Below, one piece after another: positions 48,529-59,030 of a DNA stretch of 64,000 nucleotides. Positions within the stretch are counted from its first letter, which is position 1, and every line of letters starts with the position of its first letter. Location: contig JAZDNV010000001.1 in the NCBI GenBank assembly GCA_043799385.1, positions 1-64,000 on the forward strand. Reading direction: 5' to 3'. The notes beneath the pieces are model-generated. The model did not search any database. It was not told the DNA's origin and was given only the letters and a program-made list of their open reading frames with translations. Both the position numbers and the translations under genes were made by a program. Origin of the DNA: Candidatus Aenigmatarchaeota archaeon (GTDB lineage Archaea; Aenigmatarchaeota; Aenigmatarchaeia; GW2011-AR5).

Positions 48529-48825
48529 ATGGTTGATGAAATTAGCACACGCTTGAACGTGAAGACGTATATTGGCCTGAACGGCTACTTATTCGAAGTT
48601 CCTCTGAGCATTGATTTTTTCGCTATATCAGAAGACGGCGCAACCGCGGAGATAAAGGAATTCCGTTTTTACTACCCTACCTGCATTTTTTCCAATATCG
48701 ACCCGAACCTGATGGAACAAAAAGCAAAAGCCATACTGGACGTGAAATTCCATAAGGCAGCGACTGAAGCGCTGAAGCAATACATGACCGAAGCTGAGGG
48801 CTTATACATTGTGAGCAAGAATTAA
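48529..48825 (+). CDS. Hypothetical protein
   Basis: Co-oriented ORF; start taken at ATG 48529. Confidence 0.55.
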   Translation: MVDEISTRLNVKTYIGLNGYLFEVPLSIDFFAISEDGATAEIKEFRFYYPTCIFSNIDPNLMEQKAKAILDVKFHKAATEALKQYMTEAEGLYIVSKN

Positions 48826-48871
48826 AAGAAAGCATTAAATATCGTTCTGACAAATTTATCTGAGTGATGTT

Positions 48872-50116
48872 ATGGATTCAGCGATTTCCGGTTTTCATGA
48901 GAAGAGCGTAGACGAACGGCTGCGGATACTGAAGGAATTCGCTAGTCTTAGTGAAGATGAAATTGCGTCACTGAAGAAAGAGAACGCTCTCGGTATGAAG
49001 ACGGCGGACATGATGATTGAGAACGTTGTCGGAACGATACAGATACCGCTGGGCATTGCTACCAATTTCTTGATTAACGGAAAAGATTATCTTGTACCGA
49101 TGGCACTTGAAGAACCAAGCGTGGTCGCGGCAGCAAGTTACGCTGCTAAGCTTGCTAGACCAGAAGGTTTCACTACGAGTAGCGACCCGCCGTTAATGAT
49201 AGGCCAGTGCCAACTCGTCAATATTGATGATTGCGAAAAAGCAAAGAAAACTGTTTTGAAGAACATGGATAAACTGATTGAAATTGCCAATCAACGGGAT
49301 TCGGTGCTTGTTAGTTTCGGTGGTGGGGCAAAAGACGTCGAGGCACGGATTATAAAGACTAAACGTGGCTCTATGCTTATCGTTCATCTTATCGTAGATG
49401 TGCGCGACGCGATGGGCGCCAACGCCGTAAATACGATGATAGAGGCGATTGCACCTATGCTTGCCGAAATGACTGGTGGTAGAGTTCGATTAAAAATTAT
49501 TTCTAATCTTGCAACAAAGCGACTGGTTCGGGCAAAAGCTGTATGGAAGGAGGAAGTAATAGACGCGGATGTCATTGATGGGATTTTAGATGCTTACGAG
49601 TTCGCAGAAAATGACCGCTACCGTTGCGCGACCCACAATAAAGGTATAATGAACGGCATTGATGCCGTAGCGATAGCGACCGGTCAGGATTTTCGAGCAT
49701 TAGAGGCAGGAGCGCATGCTTACGCCGCATTGGACGGTTATCGCTCATTGACAAAATATGAAAAAGATAGAGACGGAAATTTAGTCGGCATCATTGAATT
49801 GCCATTGGCTGTCGGCTTAATCGGCGGTGCGATAAAAACGAACCCGATTGCAAAAATTGCTGCAAAGATTTTAGGCGTGAAGAGCGCTAATGAACTGGCG
49901 GAAATAATGGCCTGCGTCGGCCTTGCAAATAATTTTGCAGCAATGCGGGCAATGGTAGTTGAAGGGATACAAAAAGGTCATATGAAGCTTCACGCAAAAA
50001 ATATTGCCATTGCGGCCGGCGCGGAAGGCGAATTTATACACAAAATAGCAGAGAAGATTATTGAGGAAAAAAATATCTCTGTGAACAGGGCGAAAGAACT
50101 TTTAGAAGATTTGTGA
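48872..50116 (+). CDS. mvaA: HMG-CoA reductase, class II
   Basis: IENVVG, EEPSVVAA, DAMGAN, THNKGIMNG, GIQKGHMKLH. Confidence 0.96.
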   Translation: MDSAISGFHEKSVDERLRILKEFASLSEDEIASLKKENALGMKTADMMIENVVGTIQIPLGIATNFLINGKDYLVPMALEEPSVVAAASYAAKLARPEGFTTSSDPPLMIGQCQLVNIDDCEKAKKTVLKNMDKLIEIANQRDSVLVSFGGGAKDVEARIIKTKRGSMLIVHLIVDVRDAMGANAVNTMIEAIAPMLAEMTGGRVRLKIISNLATKRLVRAKAVWKEEVIDADVIDGILDAYEFAENDRYRCATHNKGIMNGIDAVAIATGQDFRALEAGAHAYAALDGYRSLTKYEKDRDGNLVGIIELPLAVGLIGGAIKTNPIAKIAAKILGVKSANELAEIMACVGLANNFAAMRAMVVEGIQKGHMKLHAKNIAIAAGAEGEFIHKIAEKIIEEKNISVNRAKELLEDL

Positions 50117-50128
50117 TAAGGTGATTAA

Positions 50129-50389
50129 ATGAACAAAACTTTTGAGAAACTTGTTGTACGGCCTTTCTTTTATATGCTAGAAAGTCCGTTTAGAGGCGCG
50201 TCTAGGGCACTTGATGGTGAAAGAACGCCGATAAGCCGCGAAGAAATTGCAAAAGAATACCATAATAAATTCGGAGATGGCAAAATTACCGATATTGGTA
50301 TAACGCTTTCATTGATAGCAAGCGCAATACCGGCGTGCTATTGTTATTGCGAGATGCATTTATTTAACAGTTATCTTGACAAACGCTGA
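50129..50389 (+). CDS. Small hypothetical protein
   Basis: AGGTGA RBS. Confidence 0.5.
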   Translation: MNKTFEKLVVRPFFYMLESPFRGASRALDGERTPISREEIAKEYHNKFGDGKITDIGITLSLIASAIPACYCYCEMHLFNSYLDKR

Positions 50390-50391
50390 TA

Positions 50392-51201
50392 CTAGACGTA
50401 AGCTTCTAGATAAGCGGCAACAAAAATCAATGCTTCTGCTATTACTAAGAACATGACCGAGTCCATAAATACTTTCTTGAATTCTTTGCTGATTATTTTT
50501 TCGCGGATTATACCGACTGATAATATCCCGCCTGCGAGCCCTGCGATAAAATAGGCAAGTATTTCCGGTATGCCATGCAGCGCTATAGCTCCGAGACCTG
50601 CGGGAATGCCATAAAAGTATGCTGTGCCTATGTTCATGCCCTGATTGACAAATGAATGATATATCAACCCCAGGTATACGGATATCACCGATGCATTCCA
50701 GGCGAGGATGAAGATTGCCCCTGCTCCAAACATCGTCGAGAGTATGAACATCAGTATCATCACCTGGCTGTTGTTGATGAAGTACAGCGTGAAGCTTGTA
50801 TTGCCTGTCGCATTACCTGTGATACCTTGACCAGCGAACCATTCCTTCTGTAGAACAAAGACGTCTTCAAAACCGAAGAATATGTACGTCAGATTCATTG
50901 CAAGAATTATTCCCATGAAGAACGCAGAAAATGTGTAGATGATTTTTGCATGACGCGTGAATAAATTTCCAAACTTGTTCCTTGCCGCAAAACATTCTTT
51001 CTTCTCCTCAATTTCAAAAAGGCGCTGGAAGAACGGTACGAAAATTATTGTTATCAGCGATATCGCCAGTATTGACGACTGTGACGGAAAAAGCTGGTGT
51101 GCAAAAAATATTGCAACGAAAGAGTAAAAGAACGCCAGGATAAATACGTGCCATGGCTTGTCCTCGGCATTTCTAGGGTTCATTATTGATTCTAGAACCA
51201 T
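50392..51201 (-). CDS. SpoIIM-family membrane protein
   Basis: FINN, WNAS, HGIPEI motifs. Confidence 0.9.
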   Translation of the reverse strand: MVLESIMNPRNAEDKPWHVFILAFFYSFVAIFFAHQLFPSQSSILAISLITIIFVPFFQRLFEIEEKKECFAARNKFGNLFTRHAKIIYTFSAFFMGIILAMNLTYIFFGFEDVFVLQKEWFAGQGITGNATGNTSFTLYFINNSQVMILMFILSTMFGAGAIFILAWNASVISVYLGLIYHSFVNQGMNIGTAYFYGIPAGLGAIALHGIPEILAYFIAGLAGGILSVGIIREKIISKEFKKVFMDSVMFLVIAEALIFVAAYLEAYV

Positions 51202-51235
51202 GAATATAATTGCCGCAGGCGGTATATATCTGTTT

Positions 51236-51457
51236 TTATCTGATTTCGATGCGCTTGTTCCTACTCCTGCTGCCGCTAACTATCTTTATTGATGATTTCT
51301 TGACGTTAAAGTGGTCAGATAACACTTCGATTAATCTTGAATTCGCTTTTCCTTCTATCGTGGGTGCGTTTAGTTTTATTCTATAGTTATTCTCATCAAC
51401 TTTTGTTATCTCTAGTTTTTTGGAATTTGGAATGATTTTTACCGAAATTATTACCAT
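51236..51457 (-). CDS. DUF167 (YggU) family protein
   Basis: VKIIPNSK, APTIEGKAN, IVSGSRSRNK. Confidence 0.92.
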   Translation of the reverse strand: MVIISVKIIPNSKKLEITKVDENNYRIKLNAPTIEGKANSRLIEVLSDHFNVKKSSIKIVSGSRSRNKRIEIR

Positions 51458-51813
51458 TTAACAAACCCTTCGTACATGTTGTAGACTTCCACGAACCCGA
51501 GTTCTTTCATTGTCGTCATTGCAACTTTGCTGCGCGAGCCTGTTGCGCAATAGACTAGATATGCTTTGTTCCTGTCAAAACGATCAATGTCCTCCCGAAA
51601 GTTTTTTGAATAATAATCTAGATTTATGGCTTTCTCTATACGGCCGTTCGCATATTCGCCTGCTGTGCGAACGTCTATAATATTTATATCTGGCCTGTTT
51701 TGTATCAATTCTCTTGCCTGGGCTGTACTGATATCTTTGTACATGGTACTATCGCTCACACAACCGCTTATTAATACCGTTAATATTAGTATAGATAATA
51801 CGTCTATTTTCAT
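51451..51813 (-). CDS. Rhodanese-like lipoprotein
   Basis: Lipobox-like LISGC, IDVRT..EY..G.I, YCATGSRS. Confidence 0.9.
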   Translation of the reverse strand: MKIDVLSILILTVLISGCVSDSTMYKDISTAQARELIQNRPDINIIDVRTAGEYANGRIEKAINLDYYSKNFREDIDRFDRNKAYLVYCATGSRSKVAMTTMKELGFVEVYNMYEGFVKW

Positions 51814-51865
51814 TTCAAGTATTTCTCAATTAATAATTTAAATACAAACTAAAATACATTTTACT

Positions 51866-53281
51866 ATGTCCAAAAACAACTACATTAAATATGTTTTTCT
51901 AACTATCGTCTTATTAATATTAGTTTCATTCTTTATGTATACGGGATTGAATAAAAACCCTGAGCTGAAATATAAAGATTATAATCTCGTTTTTGTTTCC
52001 TTTGACGCTCTTCAGGCAAACCATGTTCATAATCTTGGCTATTACAGGAATATAACGCCAACAATCGATGAACTGGCTGATAGCGGGTTTAATTTTAAAA
52101 ATGCCATAAGCGTTTCATCGTGGACCGTTCCTTCGAGTATGTCATGGTTTACTGGCGTTTATCCATCCCAACATAAGGTTGTAAATAAATTTTCTGTATA
52201 TACTGAAAAAAACAAAACCATTTCAAATCTAAAGTTATTATCGCCTGAAATAATAACACTTGCTGAATTGTTTAAACAGAACGGTTATACTACAGCAGGT
52301 TTTACTGGCGACGCGGGCGTTAATGGTGTTTTTGGTTATGATAAAGGCTTTGACTTATATTTTGACAATACAACGCAGTTTTCTGGTATGGAGGTAAGTG
52401 TACCTAAGGCTATAGAATGGTTAAAAAATAACAAAGATAAAAGATTCTTTTTATTTCTTCATGGTTACGATTTTCATGGACAATATGAGCCGCCTGATGG
52501 GTTTGACTACCGTTTTGTTGACGATTATAACGGATTTTACAACGGTAGCAGAGAACAACAGGCAAAACTCAGGGAAGATGGCTTAGAAAACGGTTATATA
52601 AATCTAAGTGAAGATGACGTAAAATTCTGGCGCGCAATATATGATGAAAAAATCTCTAGAGCTGATGAGAAGTTCAAGAATTTTATTATCGAATATGAAA
52701 AACTTGGGTTGATGAACAAGACCATATTCATTCTAACATCTGACCACGGGACTGAATTTTATGAGCATGGTAGAGTTGACCACGGCTTTTCTTTATACGA
52801 CGAACTGATACACGTGCCATTGATTATAATCCTTCCAGGTAAAACTGGCTTGAGTATTGAAAACCAAGTCAGTTCTATTGACGTAATGCCGACTATCTTG
52901 GATCTACTTGATATAAATTATAATAGCACAGTTGAAAACCAGATGAGGGGTACAAGTCTCGTGCCTTTAATGGTTGGCGATAATATGGCCATTGATGCGT
53001 ACTCTGAAACCGATTATAGGTTGTATACTCATAAGAAATCTGTAAGAACTTATGATGGGTGGAAATTCATCTATACATTTGCCGAGTATCCAGATAAAAA
53101 AATGATAAAAGAACTGTATAATTTAAAAAACGATCCTCATGAAGAAGATAACCTTATTGAAATGGAGCCAAGAATTGCTTATGAGCTTGAGCAAAAATTA
53201 TTCAGCTGGATGCGGGGGAATAAAATACAATATTCATATAATCTGGGATGCTCACCCGTATATTCAACGCAATGTAAATGA
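51866..53281 (+). CDS. Membrane-anchored sulfatase/alkaline-phosphatase superfamily protein
   Basis: SFDALQANH, WTVPS..S.FTG.YP, SDHG, ELYNL..DP.E. Confidence 0.9.
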   Translation: MSKNNYIKYVFLTIVLLILVSFFMYTGLNKNPELKYKDYNLVFVSFDALQANHVHNLGYYRNITPTIDELADSGFNFKNAISVSSWTVPSSMSWFTGVYPSQHKVVNKFSVYTEKNKTISNLKLLSPEIITLAELFKQNGYTTAGFTGDAGVNGVFGYDKGFDLYFDNTTQFSGMEVSVPKAIEWLKNNKDKRFFLFLHGYDFHGQYEPPDGFDYRFVDDYNGFYNGSREQQAKLREDGLENGYINLSEDDVKFWRAIYDEKISRADEKFKNFIIEYEKLGLMNKTIFILTSDHGTEFYEHGRVDHGFSLYDELIHVPLIIILPGKTGLSIENQVSSIDVMPTILDLLDINYNSTVENQMRGTSLVPLMVGDNMAIDAYSETDYRLYTHKKSVRTYDGWKFIYTFAEYPDKKMIKELYNLKNDPHEEDNLIEMEPRIAYELEQKLFSWMRGNKIQYSYNLGCSPVYSTQCK

Positions 53282-53285
53282 TTTA

Positions 53286-54767
53286 ATGAAAAAATTTTTC
53301 ATAATTTTTATCTTAGCTTTGATTATAATAGTGGTTATTTTTGTTTCACAGCAACGTAGCGTAGAGATTGGAAAATGCGAGGATTGTAATGTAATTGTTT
53401 TTGTTCTGGATGCTTTACGTACAGATCATATGAGCTTGTACGGATATTATAGGAATACGACAACGAATATTGATAAATTTGCTGATAAGGGCATTGTATT
53501 TGAAAACGCCTTCAGCCAGTCGTTCAACACATTACCAAGTGTTACGTCATTATTTACATCCACATATCCTTCTTCGCATGGTGTATATTATGTATATAAG
53601 GATACCTTGAACCGCGATATCCCGACATTACCGAGAATACTGAAAAATTATGATTATAAAACAGCCGCATTCTCACCTTCGGATGATCCATATACTAATC
53701 ATATTTTAGCTGATTTTGATGAGGGTCATAGGTTGGTTCCTTACTACGAATTTGAAGATAATTATATATTCGACTGGTTAGAAAATAATTCAGAAGAAAA
53801 GTTTTTTCTTTATTATCACACGTATAACATTCACGCGCCATATCTCGTAACAAATGATGATGATTTAAAAATTTATACCAGAGACTGTAACAGCGAAATA
53901 GGGGGGACCTTTAAGTACGTTTATAACATTTCAAGGGATAAACTTATTGATTACTACTATAACGACAGCGAAAGGTTTTTTGAATATTTTGATAGAAATT
54001 TTATAGATGGATTAAACCTCTCCTCAATAAAAAATTATACTTATGAAGAAAGGTGGGAAATAATTTTAGAAAATCCTCAACAGAGAAAACTTAAGAAGTT
54101 CTTTCATGTTGAGGTATTTCGTGAAATTTTCAAGGAAGATCATGTATGTATAAAGAGTCTTTACGACACAAAAATATACCTGGTAGATCAATTTTTGAAT
54201 AGGATATTCGAAAAGATTGATGAGCTTAACTTGACTAAAAAGACGATAATTATCATAACTGCTGACCATGGGGAAGCGTTGTTTGATCATGGAGAAATGT
54301 CACATACGCAACTATATGATGAGGTTTTGCATATTCCTCTGATTGTAAAAACGCCTGATATAAAAAATAAAATTGTTGTTGAGGGTCTTGCTGAAAGCGT
54401 TGACATCATGCCAACGATTCTTGATGTTTTGGGGATACCTGTTAATCATGTGGCTCAGGGAAAGAGTCTTTTGCTAACTTTAAATCGAACGATGGCAAAG
54501 GAGTATGTTTATGCAAGCTTCGGTGAAGATTATACTATAAGGTCTAAAGACTGGAAGCTTTATAGACATGGTGATTGGACTGAACTTTATGATATAAAAA
54601 ATGACCCTGATGAAATGATAAACGTTGCAGAAGTAAGGAGAGATGTTGTCCGGTCCATTATGAATCGTGTTCTTAAACTGCCTAATTATAAAACGCGTAA
54701 TAGCACTTTTAATGAAAATCTCTCTTCAGAAGAGATGATGAATATAATCAAAACCGGTTATTGGTAG
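53286..54767 (+). CDS. Membrane-anchored sulfatase-superfamily protein (paralog)
   Basis: LDALRTDH, NTLPS..S.FT..YP, ADHGE; start re-assigned to ATG 53286 (signal anchor). Confidence 0.9.
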   Translation: MKKFFIIFILALIIIVVIFVSQQRSVEIGKCEDCNVIVFVLDALRTDHMSLYGYYRNTTTNIDKFADKGIVFENAFSQSFNTLPSVTSLFTSTYPSSHGVYYVYKDTLNRDIPTLPRILKNYDYKTAAFSPSDDPYTNHILADFDEGHRLVPYYEFEDNYIFDWLENNSEEKFFLYYHTYNIHAPYLVTNDDDLKIYTRDCNSEIGGTFKYVYNISRDKLIDYYYNDSERFFEYFDRNFIDGLNLSSIKNYTYEERWEIILENPQQRKLKKFFHVEVFREIFKEDHVCIKSLYDTKIYLVDQFLNRIFEKIDELNLTKKTIIIITADHGEALFDHGEMSHTQLYDEVLHIPLIVKTPDIKNKIVVEGLAESVDIMPTILDVLGIPVNHVAQGKSLLLTLNRTMAKEYVYASFGEDYTIRSKDWKLYRHGDWTELYDIKNDPDEMINVAEVRRDVVRSIMNRVLKLPNYKTRNSTFNENLSSEEMMNIIKTGYW

Positions 54768-54990
54768 TCTTTAAATATGCTCCAGGATAATTACGGAAGG
54801 GGTTGTGCTGCCTCATTTTATCGGATATTTTCCACTGACGGATCACCCAAGTACGATTAAAAGAATATGCTAAATGCTCGATTACTGATTTTCATATAGC
54901 TATTTAAGAATTTTCCTAGAAGATAAAAAGATGAGATGCATATAGATAATTGCATGGCATCTCAATTCGATGCAACGTGGTGTTCTGAAG

Positions 54991-56028
54991 ATGAGAGTCG
55001 GCATAGCTGGTTATGGCTGTTATATTCCTGTTTACAGGATAAAGGTCGAGGAGATCGCCAAGGTGTGGGGTCAGGACCCGAATGCGATAAAAAAAGGCTT
55101 AGGTATTGAAGAAAAGAGCGTCCCTGATATCGACGAGGATACTATAACGCTTGCTGTTGAAGCAGGACGAAACGCATTTCTTTCCGGCATTAATCCTGAC
55201 AAGGTCGGTGCGTTATTTATCGGCAGCGAAAGTCACCCTTATGTTGTCAAGCCATCCGGCACCGTCGTTGCTGAAGCGCTCGGTTTGCCGCGCAATCTTA
55301 TGCTTGCTGATTTCGAATTCGCATGCAAGGCTGGCACAGCAGCGATACAAGTTTGCTCAGCGATGGTGCGAGCGGGCGATATTGAATACGGCATTGCAAT
55401 AGGCAGCGACTGTGCACAAGGTCGACCTGGTGATGCACTAGAGTATACGGCCGCAGCAGGAGCAGCGGCGTTCATTGTCGGCAAAGAGCCGCTTGCAGAA
55501 ATAGAAGGAAGCTACTCCTATACAACAGATACACCAGATTTCTGGCGCAGGGAAGGGCAATCGTATCCCACTCATGGCGCACGCTTTACCGGCAAGCCTG
55601 CATACTTCCATCATATAACCGAGGCGACTAAAGGGTTGATGAGCAAACTTTCGTTGAAGAACGATGATTTTGATTACGTTATCTTCCATATGCCGAACGG
55701 AAAGTTTCCGCGCGAAGCTTGCAAGTCTCTTGGTTTCGACGAGAAAAAATTATTACCATCTCTCGTCGTCGAGAAAGTCGGCAACAGCTATTCGGGTTCT
55801 TCTTTAATGGGTTTGTGCAAAATACTTGACATCGCAAAGCCAGGCGAACGAATCCTGCTGACGAGCTTTGGCTCGGGCGCGGGCAGCGATTCATTTTCAT
55901 TTTTAGTCACCGACGCTATAGAGAAGAGGCGCTTTGGCCGTGTTGATTACTACGTTAACGACGAAAAAAGGAAACGCTACATTGATTACGGGACTTATAT
56001 TAAAATGCGGGGTAAACTTAAACTATGA
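54991..56028 (+). CDS. HMG-CoA synthase (archaeal)
   Basis: GSESHPY, FACKAG (catalytic Cys), FHMPN, GNSYSG, SFGSGAG. Confidence 0.96.
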   Translation: MRVGIAGYGCYIPVYRIKVEEIAKVWGQDPNAIKKGLGIEEKSVPDIDEDTITLAVEAGRNAFLSGINPDKVGALFIGSESHPYVVKPSGTVVAEALGLPRNLMLADFEFACKAGTAAIQVCSAMVRAGDIEYGIAIGSDCAQGRPGDALEYTAAAGAAAFIVGKEPLAEIEGSYSYTTDTPDFWRREGQSYPTHGARFTGKPAYFHHITEATKGLMSKLSLKNDDFDYVIFHMPNGKFPREACKSLGFDEKKLLPSLVVEKVGNSYSGSSLMGLCKILDIAKPGERILLTSFGSGAGSDSFSFLVTDAIEKRRFGRVDYYVNDEKRKRYIDYGTYIKMRGKLKL

Positions 56029-57182
56029 AAAACGTTGCAATCGTGGGCATCGGCCAGGTAAAGTTCGGAGAGAACTGGAATGAATCGCTAAGAGACATTG
56101 CTACCGGAGCGATAAGGTCTGCCATGCTTGAGGCAGACATAGGCACAGAAGACGTTGAAGCACTTTATATCGGAAACATGGGCGCTGGCCGGTTTATCGG
56201 CCAGGAGCACCTTTCTGCCCTCATAGCAGATCATTCACGTTTGCTTCATAAGCCGGCGACAAGATGCGAGGCTGCGTGCGCATCTGGTGCATTAGCATTC
56301 CGCCAGGCTTATTTATCAGTGATGTCCGGTCGCCATGACGTGGTTATGGTTGTGGGCGCCGAGAAGATGACCGACTTGAAGACAGGTGACGCAACGTCTG
56401 CATTAATAACAGCAGGTGACCAGGAAACAGAGGCGTCTTCGGGCATAACATTCGCTGGTTTGTACGCATTGATAGCTAGGGCGCACATGAATGCCTACGG
56501 CACAACGAGCGAGCAGCTAGCGATGGTTTCGGTAATAAACCACAGAAATGCTATTGGCAATAAGTATGCGCAATTCCAGTATGAAATAAGCGTTGCAGAC
56601 GTGCTTAAGTCGGCAATGGTAGCTGAGCCGTTGCATCTTTTAGACTGCTCGCCGATAACAGACGGCGCTGCTGCGTTGATAATAGCATCAGAAAACGCGG
56701 CGAAGCGGTTCAAGAGTCCAGTGTGGATACTTGCGAGCGAGCAGGCTTCTGATACGATAGCGCTGCACGACCGCAAGTCGTTGACAGAGATGCTTGCAAC
56801 AAAACATGCGGCCAAAACTGCCTATGAAAAACTGAGAATAACGCCTAGTGATATAGATTTTGCCGAGGTTCATGATTGCTTTTCAATAAACGAAATATTG
56901 GCAATAGAGGATCTTGGTTTTTGTGAGAAAGGGCGCGGCGGCGAGCTTGTTGAAAGCGGCGAGATAAAACTGAAAGGATCTATACCTATAAACACCACGG
57001 GTGGATTAAAGGCGATCGGCCACCCCGTAGGCGCGACTGGCGTCCGTCAATTGGTTGATATAACCCGGCAGTTGCGCGGCGAATGCTACAACCAGGTTAA
57101 AGGCGACCTTGGGCTTGCTCTTAATGTTGGTGGAAGCGGAGCGACTGCATTGCTGACAATACTCGGAAAAGAGGTGAGATAA
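56025..57182 (+). CDS. Acetoacetyl-CoA thiolase (archaeal)
   Basis: [21 protein letters not shown]. Confidence 0.95.
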   Translation: MKNVAIVGIGQVKFGENWNESLRDIATGAIRSAMLEADIGTEDVEALYIGNMGAGRFIGQEHLSALIADHSRLLHKPATRCEAACASGALAFRQAYLSVMSGRHDVVMVVGAEKMTDLKTGDATSALITAGDQETEASSGITFAGLYALIARAHMNAYGTTSEQLAMVSVINHRNAIGNKYAQFQYEISVADVLKSAMVAEPLHLLDCSPITDGAAALIIASENAAKRFKSPVWILASEQASDTIALHDRKSLTEMLATKHAAKTAYEKLRITPSDIDFAEVHDCFSINEILAIEDLGFCEKGRGGELVESGEIKLKGSIPINTTGGLKAIGHPVGATGVRQLVDITRQLRGECYNQVKGDLGLALNVGGSGATALLTILGKEVR

Positions 57183-57568
57183 TGCCACACAAATCTTCTA
57201 TACCGCTTGTCTGGAGGCTGAAGGGCGTACGGTATCGGCTTGTCGGCAGCTACTGCGAGAAATGTAAGAAATTCTACTTTCCGCCTAGAAACGAGTGCGA
57301 ATGCAAGGAACGTACAAAAACCGTGTATTTGTCTGGTTTCGGTACGGTTGTTTCTTATACTACAATCACTGCAGCGCCAAGTGGTTTCGAGGCAGCCACA
57401 CCCTATAAGGTTGGTATTGTGGAATTAGAAGAAGGGCCAAGAATAACCACAGGGCTAATCGGCGATATTCATATTGGCACTAAAGTAAAGGCGGTTTTTA
57501 GGGAGATTTACGAAGACGGTAAAGACGGACTAATCCATTATGGTTATAAATTCGTGCCTGTAGAGTAG
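57182..57568 (+). CDS. DUF35 Zn-ribbon/OB-fold scaffold protein
   Basis: CEKC..YFPPR..C.C, YGYKF; HMGS-thiolase-DUF35 synteny. Confidence 0.93.
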   Translation: MPHKSSIPLVWRLKGVRYRLVGSYCEKCKKFYFPPRNECECKERTKTVYLSGFGTVVSYTTITAAPSGFEAATPYKVGIVELEEGPRITTGLIGDIHIGTKVKAVFREIYEDGKDGLIHYGYKFVPVE

Positions 57569-57574
57569 AAGGTA

Positions 57575-57804
57575 CCCGGTGTTTTCGTTTGGAGTTTTGT
57601 TTTTATTGAAAATTTGAGAATTTTATGAAAAAAACACTACCTTACTTTCCTATAACATTGTTATTTTAATTGTTTTTTATAATATCTCCATTTGAAACGA
57701 GGGGGTGTGTTGTGGTGGTGTTAATTCAAAACAAAAAAAGATATACCACCAACCCTATTTTCCAGTAGAGATATGTTTATATATACTCCAAGAGAAAAGT
57801 AGGT
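57575..57804. other. Replication origin (oriC) with ORB elements and AT-rich DUE
   Basis: ctccaaacgaaaacaccggg (minus, 57575-57594); AT-rich 57595-57685; ctccatttgaaacgaggggg (57686-57705); ctctactggaaaatagggt (minus, 57752-57770); ctccaagagaaaagtaggt (57786-57804); directly upstream of cdc6. Confidence 0.82.
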
Positions 57805-57821
57805 ATATTCTTGGTGGTGTG

Positions 57822-59030
57822 ATGGAAGCAATAGCCAGTAATATTTTTTCCCAACATATAAACAAACCCTCGTTGTTTAAGAATAAAAATATATTGAACT
57901 CTACGTTCATACCGCCAAAAATATCATTCAGAGACGTTGAGATTGAACAGGCGGTTTCGGTACTTTCTCCGGCCCTGAGGAACTATAAGCCAAACAACAT
58001 ATTCATCTATGGCACGTGCGGAACTGGCAAGACCGTGGTTGTCAAATACGTCCTTAACCAACTCGAGGCTTTAGGCAAGAATAACATCAAAACAGTTTAC
58101 GTCAACTGCAAAATGAAGCGCGTTGCAGATACAGAATACCGCTTGCTGGCGTGTCTGCTGCGCGAACTCGGTGTTACAGTGCCGGATACAGGCCTGCCTA
58201 CAGACGTTCTTTACAGAAGATTTTTTGAGAAGGTTGACTCAAAACAGCATATAGTCCTAATCGTGCTTGATGAAATTGATACGCTATTCAACAAAGTAGG
58301 CGACGAATTCCTTTACAACCTGATAAGGATAAACAACGAGCTGAAAAACGCGCACATAAGCATAGTTGGGATAACCAACAACCTTTCTTTCCGGGAGGGC
58401 CTGGATGTAAGGATACGCTCTTCTTTGGGCGAAGAGGAAATTTTATTCAAGCCCTACAACGCCATACAACTGAAAAACATACTTTCAGAAAGAATAGCTG
58501 AAGGGTTTTGCGAGAACGTCGTTTCCGAGGATGTCTTGGGCAGATGTGCCGCATTGGCTGCGCAGGAGCATGGCGATGCAAGGCGTGCACTTGATATGTT
58601 AAGAACAGCAGGCGAGCTTGCAGAGCGCATGGGCGATACAGAAATAACTGATACGCATGTTGATTTGGCGGAGAAGAAGATTGACCTTGACCGTGTCGTC
58701 GAGACGATAAAGGCCCAGCCGAAACAGTCACAGGCGGTTCTGTGCGCGATAATGGCGTTGGAAAAACAAAGCAATGGCAAATGGAGCGATTCGCGGTTGC
58801 TCACAGGCAATGTTTTCTTGAAATATAAGGAGATAGTCAAGAACAACGGTTTGCGCGCCTTGACACAAAGAAGGATAAGCGACCTGATAGGTGAATTAGA
58901 TATGCTCGGCGTAATCACTGCGAAGGTTATTTCCAAGGGAAGATACGGCAGAACGAGGGAGATATCGTTGGCAATGGCGGATGAATTAAAGGACAAGGTA
59001 AAGGCGACCCTCTGGGAAAGATTTTTATGA
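57822..59030 (+). CDS. cdc6: Orc1/Cdc6 replication initiator
   Basis: YGTCGTGKT, VLDEID, GDARRA, C-terminal wHTH SKGRYGRTR; start ATG 57822 after GGTGGTG. Confidence 0.96.
   Translation: MEAIASNIFSQHINKPSLFKNKNILNSTFIPPKISFRDVEIEQAVSVLSPALRNYKPNNIFIYGTCGTGKTVVVKYVLNQLEALGKNNIKTVYVNCKMKRVADTEYRLLACLLRELGVTVPDTGLPTDVLYRRFFEKVDSKQHIVLIVLDEIDTLFNKVGDEFLYNLIRINNELKNAHISIVGITNNLSFREGLDVRIRSSLGEEEILFKPYNAIQLKNILSERIAEGFCENVVSEDVLGRCAALAAQEHGDARRALDMLRTAGELAERMGDTEITDTHVDLAEKKIDLDRVVETIKAQPKQSQAVLCAIMALEKQSNGKWSDSRLLTGNVFLKYKEIVKNNGLRALTQRRISDLIGELDMLGVITAKVISKGRYGRTREISLAMADELKDKVKATLWERFL

Noticed and set aside
53139..53285. N-terminal extension of the second sulfatase-like ORF
   Set aside because: Overlaps the upstream gene; the signal anchor begins at ATG 53286.
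54932..54964. Hairpin tgagatgc/gcatctca upstream of HMG-CoA synthase as another junction element
   Set aside because: Single 8-bp stem without the enclosing stem and second hairpin.
57705..57821. N-terminal extension of Cdc6 in the ORF track
   Set aside because: Overlaps ORB boxes; the RBS and homology point to ATG 57822.
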